A stretch of DNA of 64,000 nt from Candidatus Poribacteria bacterium (GTDB lineage: Bacteria > Poribacteria > WGA-4E > WGA-3G): assembly GCA_965205015.1 (NCBI GenBank), contig OZ242029.1:1888001-1952000 (forward strand), given 5' to 3'. Under the pieces are notes generated by a model. That model had not been told where the DNA came from. It did no database searches and worked only from the letters and a program-made list of their open reading frames with translations. Shown here in pieces: positions 1-9,657 of this stretch (positions are counted from its first letter, which is position 1; each line of letters starts with the position of its first letter). The position numbers and the translations under genes were made by a program.

Positions 1-164
1 CCATGATATTTACGCGTTCCCGAAGTTATACGATTAAGAGTGGGCTCTCGCAGGCACATTTGGATAGAAGGAAGACTGGAAGGTCAGAAGCGGAAAAAAC
101 GCTGCGCCAACCTTTCAGTCTTCTCATCATCCAGTAAAGGCAACGTGAGTTCAACGAATAGCAT

Positions 165-503
165 TTAACCCATCGCGGCGGCGACAATAATACCGAGCGA
201 GATGAGGACACCCGCAACTGCAATGCCCGCAGCGGTGTTGTTCTCTTCGGCGATCTGACGGTTTAAGTCATAGGGGGTCGCCATATCGAAGACTTTGTAA
301 CCTACCATCAAAATGATTAAACCGACGATACTGAAGACAATGCCTTCAATGATAAAACCCCCCAAGATTTTGAAATCTATCATCGGGGCATCTCCAGCCG
401 CAGCCGCGTCGGATTGGGCAACGGCGTTATGTGAAAATAGGACGAAGGCAGTAAGTGCTACAGTAACCAGGATAAGCGTGGTGAATACAATTTTTTTAGC
501 CAT
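165..503 (-). CDS. DUF350-family small membrane protein
   Basis: 112 aa; hydrophobic helices with DMATPYDLNRQIAEENNTAAGI pattern typical of DUF350; AAGGAG RBS upstream. Confidence 0.8.
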   Translation of the reverse strand: MAKKIVFTTLILVTVALTAFVLFSHNAVAQSDAAAAGDAPMIDFKILGGFIIEGIVFSIVGLIILMVGYKVFDMATPYDLNRQIAEENNTAAGIAVAGVLISLGIIVAAAMG

Positions 504-562
504 TTTAAAATCTCCTTATTTTTCAGGACCGGTTTATGGGAAATCCCTGTGCAATGACTCAG

Positions 563-3500
563 TTAAACAATCTCGAATTGCACATCCGTGGCGGCGTGCA
601 GATACTTTATCAATATAGCGTCCTTATCTTCGATATAAAGCCATCCAGATTCGACATCTTCAAGCGTTTGCACACCCGCGATCTCGATCTCTGCATATTT
701 GTCCGGTATGTTAACAGATTCAGAATCGTCATCGGATGTATCCGCATCGGTAATTGCCGATGCGTCCGTTGATGAGAACTGATAGCGTGCCCGAAGTGCT
801 TGTGGCGCGCGTCCGTAACCAACAATAAGGGCATAACTTGTTTCGTTGTCGGCATAGCTGAGTTGCCAGTTGAGTTGACCGTTATCGGTTAGGGTAAGTC
901 CATCTACCATCGCACCAGAACTGAGGTGTATCTCCCCGGTGATAGCGGTTTTAATTCCGGGATCAAGCCCTCGGAGCGTATAAACGTTCACCATAATATC
1001 TTCAGGGTTCAAATGTGGTCCCTTGCCTTCGGTGCAGAAGCCGTAAAATCCATCGGGATAGGTGCCTTTGAGTTCACCATCTTCCCACTGTTGATACATC
1101 GCACTTACCGTGATACCCTCAGCGATTTGAAGCCATCTGTCATCTGCAGTGTGTCGGTTCAAGCGTTGTAAGTAATAGGCGAGAACCAATCCGTTCCATT
1201 GAACAGGGACACCGAACCATGGATGCGTGTAGAAAGATGTTCCGAAAACGGGTATGGAGGCGAACCGCATACCGGGTCGGTCGGAGAGATGCCAATGGTA
1301 GAGGAATGGTAACGCTGTTGCCGCCCAGTACGTTGCGCGTTTGAGATATTCTTTTTTCGTTGTCAATTCGTAAGCCTCAACATAGGCACCGATGGCATGC
1401 GCAGCCGCAAGGATATCTGGTTGATACATCGGGCATTCCCACATTTGTGCCCCGCGTGGCACGGAAAATTGCTGAATGAATTCAAGTGCTTTCAGACCGG
1501 CTTCACGCGAGGTTTTATTTCCGGTAATCCGAGCGTGTTTAAGGAGTAAAAGTGTTGATTCAGCACAAGTGCCGAGCACCGCTTCACCCGCCGTTCCGAG
1601 AGCAGCAGTTTTCGCGTCTGTTGGGTGCCATCGCCAACTTCCATCCGACGCTTGTGTCGCAATCCGTTGTTGTATTTCTTCCTCCATATAGGATAATCCA
1701 GCATTGACATGACCGATGTAGAATGGGAATTCCCATCTTAAAATGTGGCACGAACCGCGTGCCGCCAAGCCGCCTGCTCCGGATTCTGTTATGGTGTTTT
1801 TGGCAATTTCTAACACCCGTTCCTTCACGTGTTCATCTTTTGTAGCAAGATAGTCGTACCAAAGTAGAGTACCGAACCCCGGTTCATTGTGCGGTGCCCA
1901 GTCTACACAGTGACGGGATTTTCGAGTCGTTTCGTCCCAGGTCGTCTGCATAAACCCGTGCCGAGAAAGTAAGACCTCATCTGCGTCACTACGGGGTGGT
2001 TGCAACGGTTCAGGGGCACCGTAAGCGTCATTCCAGTGCGCTATAGCATCTAAGGTAGAGGCATTCTCATCCACGATGATTTCAGTTTTGATGGACACCG
2101 GACGCGAGGGTGTTAGTGGATACGGGATAGAAGCCTCTGTTTGGTTTTCTGGGACCCATGTTGGCACAGTCGGGATGAATACACCGAGGGCGTGATTTTT
2201 CTGGTACTGATGCCAATTGGGTGAAGCGAATACCGCAGAGAGCATCTGATTCTCACCATCCCAAGTGTCCAGAGGATTCCAGATGATGCCGACTATTGAT
2301 TTCTGCATCTCTACTGCCATAACTGGCACTGTGATTTTATACGGATGTGGGACAAGGCGGTTGTCGAACGGCGGGGCTGCGTCGCGTGTACTTGAGGAAC
2401 GTTCATCGTTTTCCAAGAATTCGAGCCCGGGGAAAAGTGCTGTCGTTTTCTTCTCGCGATGTCGTCCTTGCCCCGCATAAAGCATCGGGCCCCGAAAGGC
2501 AAGGAGTTCTCTGTTACCATCCGTTTGCAACTGATATTCCGTTTTCACCCGCGTCGCATTTTCGCTGAGCGTCCACTGCATCCCATACGTCCACGTAACG
2601 CCATCTGCATCCGTATCCGAACCGCTTAGACGGACAATTGACTCCCCTTGATTGTTCCCAGAAAGTTGATAGGCTGTAGGGGCAAGTTGCGACGTTTGGC
2701 GATTTTGTGATGCATCTAAATAGACAACCTCAGAGAGGGACGGACAGGTCGCTACCTGCTGGTAGTTCCCCCCTTTTGTGGCAAAGATTATGCAATACGC
2801 AAATCCTCCGTCATCCCCCTTTTTGTTAGAGATGACAGTCTCTTGATTGTTTTCATTATTGATTTCTGACGTTGCTTCGGATCCATGAACGAAAACGATA
2901 CGAAGGTGTTTGTTCCCCAGCACGACGCTACCATTTTCCGTATAGGTGTGCAGTTCTTTCACCACCTTGGCAGCGAGTTTAGGAGGTTCAGGGCGAATCA
3001 CAACGTTTTCTTGGGCTGTTTGACGTTCTTCGCCTGCTGAGGTTTGACATTTGAGCGAGACAGAAATAGAAACTACAGTCGGATTTGGGAAGCGGCGCGC
3101 GATCCAGAAGACGGAGACTTCTTCACCCGGTTCAATTTCTTTAATGGTTTGTCTGGGACGCCCACGCCGGAGTTTCATGCCGTTGATAGAGATTCGCGCC
3201 GTATCCGCTTTACCGAGTGGCGCGGTGCCGGTATTCCGAAGTGTACATTGCACTTCAAAATCTTCACCTGCAGTCACAACTGCAGCCGTCGCACCTACGT
3301 TCACGATTTCTAATGTCGGTTGTGCCGCGTAAAGCGATATTTTGACAGGAGACGCTTCGGGGTCGTGCGCCTCGAGACAAATCTTTGCTAAATCGGAAGC
3401 CCTTGTTGATGTGGATTGACTGAACTCCCGCAACCGCATCGTATCGTCTTTGAAGTGTAGAATAGCAATGCCACATCGTAGTTCCGGTTCGGGGTCTCTT

Positions 3501-4693
3501 TTTCCTTTCCGAAGGCGCGTCTGTTTGAGTTTGCGTAACTGCGGCTTACCCCACAAAGCCCACGCGTAGTTACTATTGCCACCTATGTTGCATTCCGTTA
3601 GGAATGAGATGACGACCTCTTTACCAGCGTAGGAGGTGAGTTCGATGCTTTCTTCTACCCAAAGACATTCGGTTGATACGGATTCAAAGCATCTTTCCGG
3701 TGTAGCTTCTAAGTCTGTATTAAGTAGATCGAAAATTTCGATGGCAAACTTCACGCCGCCGGGTGGTCGCTCCGCATCGTCAAAAACGACGCCATCCCGT
3801 AATCCGATGGAAAAATGTAGAAAGAGTTTCTCTTTTTTATCAACATCTGGAAGGGACAGCGTGTAGTCGATTTTTGCGGTTTCTGTTGGGGTCGGATGTT
3901 CAAAGATAGCGGGCTTTGTCACACCACCTGAACAATCCATTCCGCTGACGGATGCTTGATCTGTCCCGGAAATAGTGCTTTGTTCGAACATCTCCACGAA
4001 GTCATAAATCTCTTCAATAATGCCGAGTTCTAACGGTATTTTTTCCTCTTCTGCTTCGGGGGTTGTTGCTTCTGTTTCGGTATCGTCGCTTCCGTCTGCT
4101 TCCTGTGCTTCAGGTGTTGTGGTTTCAACATCAGAAACCTGTGCGTGCTGCGCTATAGCATCCTCACTTTCCTGTTCAGATATTACAATCTCCGTTGCAG
4201 CTTCTGTCTCGTCTTCGGGGACGGGATCGGTGTCTTCCGATGACGCAATCGCTTCATCATCCGACGGCGAGAGGTTGGTGATCTCAACGACAGGTGTTTC
4301 TTCTGCACTGGATGTGTCGGGAGTGTCGTCCTCACTGGCGTAAGCCTCTTCGTCTATAGAGATAGGTAAGACCTCGCTGTCGGGTTGTGTTTGAGGACTG
4401 TCATCATCTTCTATCGCCACAAACGGAGACCCATCGTCTTCGGAGGGGATTTCCGCCGACTCAGACGGCGTGTCAGCGTTTTCGATTTCCGGCGGTTCAG
4501 AAACCGGGGGCTCGGAGGCATCTGATGCTTCAGATTCAGCATCGTTCGTGGAATTATCGTCAGTTGTGGATTCCAATTCCGTTTGGTGTTCGTCACACTG
4601 CTCTGTTTCGGAAACCGATGGATCGGTCTCGTCCTCCGTATTTCCGATACAAGCGGCTAAAAATTGTTGCACGATATAGGGGGTGGTGAGCAT
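563..4693 (-). CDS. Large multidomain protein: acidic low-complexity N-terminus, CARDB/Ig-like domain, probable (alpha/alpha)6 glycoside-hydrolase-like domain
   Basis: 1376 aa ORF; first ~220 aa D/E/S/T-rich; VTAGEDFEVQCTLRNTGTAP...IEPGEEVSV CARDB-like pattern; start abuts stop of upstream gene (TAA-ATG). Confidence 0.6.
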   Translation of the reverse strand: MLTTPYIVQQFLAACIGNTEDETDPSVSETEQCDEHQTELESTTDDNSTNDAESEASDASEPPVSEPPEIENADTPSESAEIPSEDDGSPFVAIEDDDSPQTQPDSEVLPISIDEEAYASEDDTPDTSSAEETPVVEITNLSPSDDEAIASSEDTDPVPEDETEAATEIVISEQESEDAIAQHAQVSDVETTTPEAQEADGSDDTETEATTPEAEEEKIPLELGIIEEIYDFVEMFEQSTISGTDQASVSGMDCSGGVTKPAIFEHPTPTETAKIDYTLSLPDVDKKEKLFLHFSIGLRDGVVFDDAERPPGGVKFAIEIFDLLNTDLEATPERCFESVSTECLWVEESIELTSYAGKEVVISFLTECNIGGNSNYAWALWGKPQLRKLKQTRLRKGKRDPEPELRCGIAILHFKDDTMRLREFSQSTSTRASDLAKICLEAHDPEASPVKISLYAAQPTLEIVNVGATAAVVTAGEDFEVQCTLRNTGTAPLGKADTARISINGMKLRRGRPRQTIKEIEPGEEVSVFWIARRFPNPTVVSISVSLKCQTSAGEERQTAQENVVIRPEPPKLAAKVVKELHTYTENGSVVLGNKHLRIVFVHGSEATSEINNENNQETVISNKKGDDGGFAYCIIFATKGGNYQQVATCPSLSEVVYLDASQNRQTSQLAPTAYQLSGNNQGESIVRLSGSDTDADGVTWTYGMQWTLSENATRVKTEYQLQTDGNRELLAFRGPMLYAGQGRHREKKTTALFPGLEFLENDERSSSTRDAAPPFDNRLVPHPYKITVPVMAVEMQKSIVGIIWNPLDTWDGENQMLSAVFASPNWHQYQKNHALGVFIPTVPTWVPENQTEASIPYPLTPSRPVSIKTEIIVDENASTLDAIAHWNDAYGAPEPLQPPRSDADEVLLSRHGFMQTTWDETTRKSRHCVDWAPHNEPGFGTLLWYDYLATKDEHVKERVLEIAKNTITESGAGGLAARGSCHILRWEFPFYIGHVNAGLSYMEEEIQQRIATQASDGSWRWHPTDAKTAALGTAGEAVLGTCAESTLLLLKHARITGNKTSREAGLKALEFIQQFSVPRGAQMWECPMYQPDILAAAHAIGAYVEAYELTTKKEYLKRATYWAATALPFLYHWHLSDRPGMRFASIPVFGTSFYTHPWFGVPVQWNGLVLAYYLQRLNRHTADDRWLQIAEGITVSAMYQQWEDGELKGTYPDGFYGFCTEGKGPHLNPEDIMVNVYTLRGLDPGIKTAITGEIHLSSGAMVDGLTLTDNGQLNWQLSYADNETSYALIVGYGRAPQALRARYQFSSTDASAITDADTSDDDSESVNIPDKYAEIEIAGVQTLEDVESGWLYIEDKDAILIKYLHAATDVQFEIV

Positions 4694-5842
4694 TTATTCC
4701 TTCTCACTCCATTTCTTTTTCATCTGCTGCATTTCATCGTTGAGCACGATTTCTACTGAAGGCGTTTGTGCGGAAGCCTCAATCTGCCACGCACCGGATT
4801 CGTCCTTCAGTACGGGTTTGCGTTGCGCAACAGGTAGCACACCGAAAGGCGTATGCGGTTCAATTTGATACCAGTATGCCACAGAGGATGTCTCATTACT
4901 GAGATGGTTCCCGTGTCCGTGCTCTATTGTAACCCGGATCTCTTTCTCGAAACGGATCGGGTTTTCAATGTGATAGACGTAAGAGGTCTGGTAACCGTCG
5001 GTATTGTTTTCGTGGATGGAGGAACCGTTGTGAGCAAAAGCGTTCTCCTGCATGCCCCACGCTTGGTTGAGGTAGTCCTCTGAACCCGTGCCGTGCAGAT
5101 CTGGGGGCCACTTATAGCCATCAACCCAGATCATATCGTCGCCTTCACCCCACCACGTGCCTTGAAAGTTGGTAACCGACAGGTTGCAACCGATATAGTG
5201 TCCTCTGCCTTCAGCGGACAGAATCAGGTAATTGGTGTCCCACGCGAGCCGTTCGGCGTTGATAATATTGGCTTCCGGCGTATTCACGCGAATTTCGTGT
5301 CCCCACCCGTCACACGGGTTTTCACGATGGAATTGGGCATGGAAATAGGCGATATCATCGTCGAGGGGCTCAGGGTACTGCTCGTAGTCGATATAGAAGT
5401 ATTGACGGTGGGTTGTATCACCTTCGTTGACGAGTTCGATTCTCGCACTGCGGTTAAAGGGCATCTGCAAATAGCAGTTAAGCGCACATCCTGTATTGAA
5501 CTGGTTGTTCTGGTGCGTGGAGGCAGAGAAAGCGATGGAATCATAAGAATTAACAATTTCGTTGCCGAGTCCAAAGAAGTCGCCTAACGGACAGAGGACA
5601 CTCGGGTGCTCCTCATCGTCCCAAAACATCCGGATCAGTACATTTCGATACCCGTTTGGCTGTGTCATCCAGATGTGATTGATACAACCGGGTCCTTGAA
5701 GCTCTGCGATAACACGAGTTTCGCCGGGTTCGACATTCCAAGCATCGTTGTTCCTGCCTGTTGTATCCCATGAAGAAGCGCGTAACGAGCGCGCTTTTCT
5801 AACGCGCGTCAGCGATGACAATAATCCATCAACGTAAGTCAT
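4694..5842 (-). CDS. DUF2961 / GH172-family glycoside hydrolase
   Basis: GPGCINHIWMT, PLGDFFG, WWGEGDD, HGTGSEDY and IEHGHGN motifs. Confidence 0.85.
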   Translation of the reverse strand: MTYVDGLLSSLTRVRKARSLRASSWDTTGRNNDAWNVEPGETRVIAELQGPGCINHIWMTQPNGYRNVLIRMFWDDEEHPSVLCPLGDFFGLGNEIVNSYDSIAFSASTHQNNQFNTGCALNCYLQMPFNRSARIELVNEGDTTHRQYFYIDYEQYPEPLDDDIAYFHAQFHRENPCDGWGHEIRVNTPEANIINAERLAWDTNYLILSAEGRGHYIGCNLSVTNFQGTWWGEGDDMIWVDGYKWPPDLHGTGSEDYLNQAWGMQENAFAHNGSSIHENNTDGYQTSYVYHIENPIRFEKEIRVTIEHGHGNHLSNETSSVAYWYQIEPHTPFGVLPVAQRKPVLKDESGAWQIEASAQTPSVEIVLNDEMQQMKKKWSEKE

Positions 5843-5977
5843 TCAATCTTCCTTGTTAATTTTTTAAAAGTTCCTCGCTCAGAAGCGCGGGGAGACATAT
5901 AAGATGTTCTTACTATTATACCACATACGCGTGGAAAATCAATACGCTTTTTGGCTTTTGTGTTTTTTGACGCCCGA

Positions 5978-6793
5978 CTAAGCATCGGATAGAACGGCTT
6001 TCATCTTCTCTAATCCGATGCGTGCGACTTCTGCCGGGTCTTGCTCCCAATAACTTGGATTGAACAATTCCAATGAGATGACGCCTGTGTATCCCACATC
6101 TTTTACGATGGTGATCATCTGCCCGAGGTCAAGGATACCATCGCCGGGATAAACCCTGTCAGCATCTGTTTGTTCCGCTCGCGCCGGTTCCGCAGGCGCG
6201 TCGTTGAAATGGAAAACGGCGATTTTATCCCCGGGAATGCCTTGCATGTCGTCTATTTCCCCACCGCCGCGATAGATGTGGAACGGATCGAGGACAATCG
6301 TACTGTCCGGATGATCTGCCACTTCCATCACTTCCCACGCATGCTTGACTTGATTGACACCATCGACGAAACCGAGAAATTCCATAGCAGGTTTAACCCC
6401 GAATTCGCGGCCGAGCTCAAGCAGTTCACGGTAATTCTCGCCACCTAATTCGAGGTCTGCGACTTCACGCGGTGGGCTTGAGACGATGTAGGTGGATCCG
6501 ACAGCGGCGGCTTGTGCCATTCGCCGTTTTGCCTCTTCGATCGCTTCCTGATGTTCTTCACCTGTCGTGTTGAGCCAACCGTGCAAGGCGATAACGGAAG
6601 GCACTGAAAGCCCGTGGTCATCGAGTGCTTTTTTGACATCCGTAAGCGAACCGCCTTGTCCCTCGTAAGCCGTTAAATCGTCGTTCCATAACTCGATCGC
6701 TGTATAGCCGGTTTCAGAAGCGATCTGAATCTTATCCATTAATCCGGCGGGCCGAATTGTGCTTGTATTCAAGCCTAATTGAAATTGTGTCAT
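5978..6793 (-). CDS. Sugar phosphate isomerase/epimerase (xylose-isomerase-like TIM barrel, IolI-like)
   Basis: AMEFLG, LDPFH, FHFND, DRVYPGDG and SLELF metal-binding motifs; start taken at MTQFQLG (6793) rather than 6868. Confidence 0.8.
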   Translation of the reverse strand: MTQFQLGLNTSTIRPAGLMDKIQIASETGYTAIELWNDDLTAYEGQGGSLTDVKKALDDHGLSVPSVIALHGWLNTTGEEHQEAIEEAKRRMAQAAAVGSTYIVSSPPREVADLELGGENYRELLELGREFGVKPAMEFLGFVDGVNQVKHAWEVMEVADHPDSTIVLDPFHIYRGGGEIDDMQGIPGDKIAVFHFNDAPAEPARAEQTDADRVYPGDGILDLGQMITIVKDVGYTGVISLELFNPSYWEQDPAEVARIGLEKMKAVLSDA

Positions 6794-6860
6794 TCTATTT
6801 TTCCTTGGACGGGCAATAATGCACGTCGCATTTGGGCGAGTACGCCGCAGAATTGCCCTA

Positions 6861-7670
6861 CTACGCACCAGATTTCTTCAATAAACCCTGAATGAACCGT
6901 ACATCTATACGCGCAAGGTCAATAACGGTGTCCACAGGCTCTCCGCTGTATTCACTGTGAAAACTCACAGGACCCGAAAAACCGATTGTTTGTAGCGTAT
7001 GGACCGCCGTTTCCCAATCGACGAAGCCTTTTCCCATCCGGACGACGCTCCCGCCTCGCATACCGGGTGAACGCGCCAGATCCTTGAAGGCGATAACTGC
7101 GAGGTGCGATTTGACGATATCCAGTGCCATGTTAATCGGTTCCCCGACGATGGACAGATGTCCTGTATCGGCAAAAACACCGACGTGCTGCGCGTCGAAA
7201 CCCTTTACGAGGTTCATCACTGCACACGAATTCAGTCCCATGGAGGTCCCGGAATGGTTATGGATGCATGTCCGAGGTCCATACTGCTCGGAGAGTTTCG
7301 CGAACCCATCCAATTGCGTGCGGATAAAATCGACCTGTGCCCAGTAGCCGCCATCCGCTGCGTGCCAGTGCCAGTATCCGAGTTTGATGTTTTCAACACC
7401 TGCTTCACCCGCAGCGGCGTAGACGCGGCGTGTCTCTTCCTGTCCAGGGTCGAGGAAATCACCCGGTGTTGTGACAAGTGGGATGGATAAGCCTGCAGCG
7501 GCGAACTGCTTTGCGGCGGCGGGCAATGCTTCCGTTGCATTTTCTGGGTTCACTGGATAGCCTGGACGCACACATAGATCGGCACCGCTCACGCCGACCG
7601 ATTGTAACGCGGTAATAATATCTGGAATCTCTAAGCCTTCCAGATGTTTCGTGAACATAATAAATTTCAT
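6861..7670 (-). CDS. Sugar phosphate isomerase/epimerase (TIM barrel)
   Basis: IHNHSG, DTGH, AFKD, MGKGFVDW and SFHSEY motifs. Confidence 0.8.
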   Translation of the reverse strand: MKFIMFTKHLEGLEIPDIITALQSVGVSGADLCVRPGYPVNPENATEALPAAAKQFAAAGLSIPLVTTPGDFLDPGQEETRRVYAAAGEAGVENIKLGYWHWHAADGGYWAQVDFIRTQLDGFAKLSEQYGPRTCIHNHSGTSMGLNSCAVMNLVKGFDAQHVGVFADTGHLSIVGEPINMALDIVKSHLAVIAFKDLARSPGMRGGSVVRMGKGFVDWETAVHTLQTIGFSGPVSFHSEYSGEPVDTVIDLARIDVRFIQGLLKKSGA

Positions 7671-7798
7671 ATTTTTCTAACTATGGCCTCTTGGACACCG
7701 CTCCATTTCATTACGCGGTGGTGTCTGGTTAACCCGCGACTGAAATAAGGATCTGTACGGTTTTAAAGATTTGAGCCACTCTTTTCCATCGGGTTTGT

Positions 7799-7826
7799 GG
7801 CACATCGGAGCGTGCCTACTACTTTA
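7799..7826 (-). repeat. GTAG-type REP-like palindrome, family A
   Basis: AAAGTAGTAGGCACGCTCCGATGTGCC; other copies at 12278-12304 and 34369-34395. Confidence 0.7.
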
Positions 7827-8927
7827 CCAATCCACGACAGAACCGTCATCGGGATGGTATGTCACGGGATTCTGCCAATCGTGGTCAATCTTATCTTCGA
7901 GGGCGTCTTCATCGAGTTCGATGCCGAGTCCGGGACCGGTGGGCAATTCAACGAATCCGTCTTTGAAGACGAAGGGATTCTTGAGATAGCCTTCACCGAG
8001 GGTCGTGTGCTCCTGCATCAAAAAGTTTGGGATCGAGGCATCTAACTGAATGCACGCCGCTAAAGAGATGGGACCGAGCGGATTATGCGGAGCAATACCC
8101 CCATAGTAGGCTTCCGCCATACCGGCAATAATACGCACCTCGTTGATACCGCCAGCATGACAGAGGTCGGGTTGGAGAATAGATGCTGCCTGTTTCTCTA
8201 AAATCTCACGGAAACCCCACTTTGTAAACACCCGCTCACCTGTCGCAATCGGAATGTGGGTGCTCCGCGCGATTTCAGCGAGGGTGTCCACATTTTGGCA
8301 CTGAATTGGCTCTTCAATGAACATGGGTTGGTAGGGTTCTAACGCTTTAATCAGAACTTTTGCGGTTTGCGGGCTGATTGCACCGTGGAAGTCAATCGCG
8401 AGGTCAACCTCTGTGCCTGCGGCTTCGCGCAACGCTGCGAAGTGGTCCACGGCTCTGTCGATGAAGGCTTTGTTTTCGATAATACGTGCGGGTCTGCCCC
8501 CTGCAGGACCTGTTTTAAATGCAGTAAACCCTTTGTCAATCCACTCTTTGATGCCGTCTGGGTCCCCGCCACCTTTATAGAGTCTGATGCGATCGCGTGT
8601 CGGTCCACCGAAGAGTTGATAAACGGGAACACCGAGCGACTTCCCTGCGAGATCCCAGAGGGCTTGTTCTACACCGCTCAATGCGCTTGTGAGAATGGGA
8701 CCCCCGCGGTAGAATGCGTGGCGATACATCGCTTGCCAATGGTGGACAACGCGTCTCGGATCTTGACCGATAAGGTAGGGTGCGAGTTCGTCGACGGCTT
8801 GTGCACACGTTTTCGCGCGTCCTTCCAGAATAGGTTCGCCGAGTCCGACTAAACCCTCATCCGTATGGATTTTAAGAAAAAGCCAGCGCGGTTGGACCAG
8901 GAAAGTTTCCAATTTTGTTATCTTCAT
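7824..8927 (-). CDS. dgoD: Galactonate dehydratase (enolase superfamily)
   Basis: MKITKLETFLVQPRWLFLKIHTDEGLVGLGEP, FYRGGPIL, IDFHG, FIEEP, ATGER, QPDLCHAGGI, DGSVVDW terminus. Confidence 0.88.
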   Translation of the reverse strand: MKITKLETFLVQPRWLFLKIHTDEGLVGLGEPILEGRAKTCAQAVDELAPYLIGQDPRRVVHHWQAMYRHAFYRGGPILTSALSGVEQALWDLAGKSLGVPVYQLFGGPTRDRIRLYKGGGDPDGIKEWIDKGFTAFKTGPAGGRPARIIENKAFIDRAVDHFAALREAAGTEVDLAIDFHGAISPQTAKVLIKALEPYQPMFIEEPIQCQNVDTLAEIARSTHIPIATGERVFTKWGFREILEKQAASILQPDLCHAGGINEVRIIAGMAEAYYGGIAPHNPLGPISLAACIQLDASIPNFLMQEHTTLGEGYLKNPFVFKDGFVELPTGPGLGIELDEDALEDKIDHDWQNPVTYHPDDGSVVDW

Positions 8928-9183
8928 TTTTAAATGATTCCTTGCGGTTAAATGACGCGGGTGTTTTGCTTGGGGGTTTCCCCTGGGACGTTAACGATCC
9001 TTTCTCGAATCCGAAAAAATACGCAAAAATACCCAAGCAATACGCAGAAATGTCCTATCAAAAATACCTCTCTATTTCATGACAAGCTACGGTTTTCTAT
9101 TTTACGGACACCTTGAAAATTAATAGGGACTTGCAAGCAGCAATTCCCCGCTTGAAACGGTTTGCTTTGTGGATTTTGATGTT

Positions 9184-9212
9184 ACATTACCATTTTCCGT
9201 AAATTTTGTCAA
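9184..9212 (-). promoter_or_regulatory. sigma70-like promoter for the dgoD cluster
   Basis: TTGACA-17 nt-TAATGT on minus strand. Confidence 0.45.
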
Positions 9213-9657
9213 CAATTACACGGTAGGAATCCTTTCGTTTTCACGGAGACTTCACGGAGGTCTTTATCGTCGTAGGTGGTCCGCGGGTTCCCAAGGTTCA
9301 CTATAACCTTTCTCCGTGAAGAAACGAATGTGAAATTATATTTAACTTATGGTATCTGTTTTTATTCTTTACAAAATTATGCACCAGTTTTCCATCTAAT
9401 GAGCGTCACTATAGGACAATCGGAGATGATGGCAGGAATTGAGTCGTAAACTGATATTTTAAATCTACCGTTTAAAGGAATTGTATTAGGTCCTTGACCT
9501 ATATATCTGCGAGATTGACACAAGCCTTTGGACGTGTTATTATTTTTTTTAAATGAGTTGGTTCGGTGCAGCGCGGTTAAAGTCATTTTCCGTGCGTTTT
9601 TTGCACAATAGCCTTTTTGAGAAAAACCCTTAAAATTCACAAAAGGAGACCTGCACA

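Noticed and set aside
4020-4689. Ser-rich plus-strand ORFs and other short antisense ORFs in the track
   Set aside because: Shadows of well-supported genes on the opposite strand
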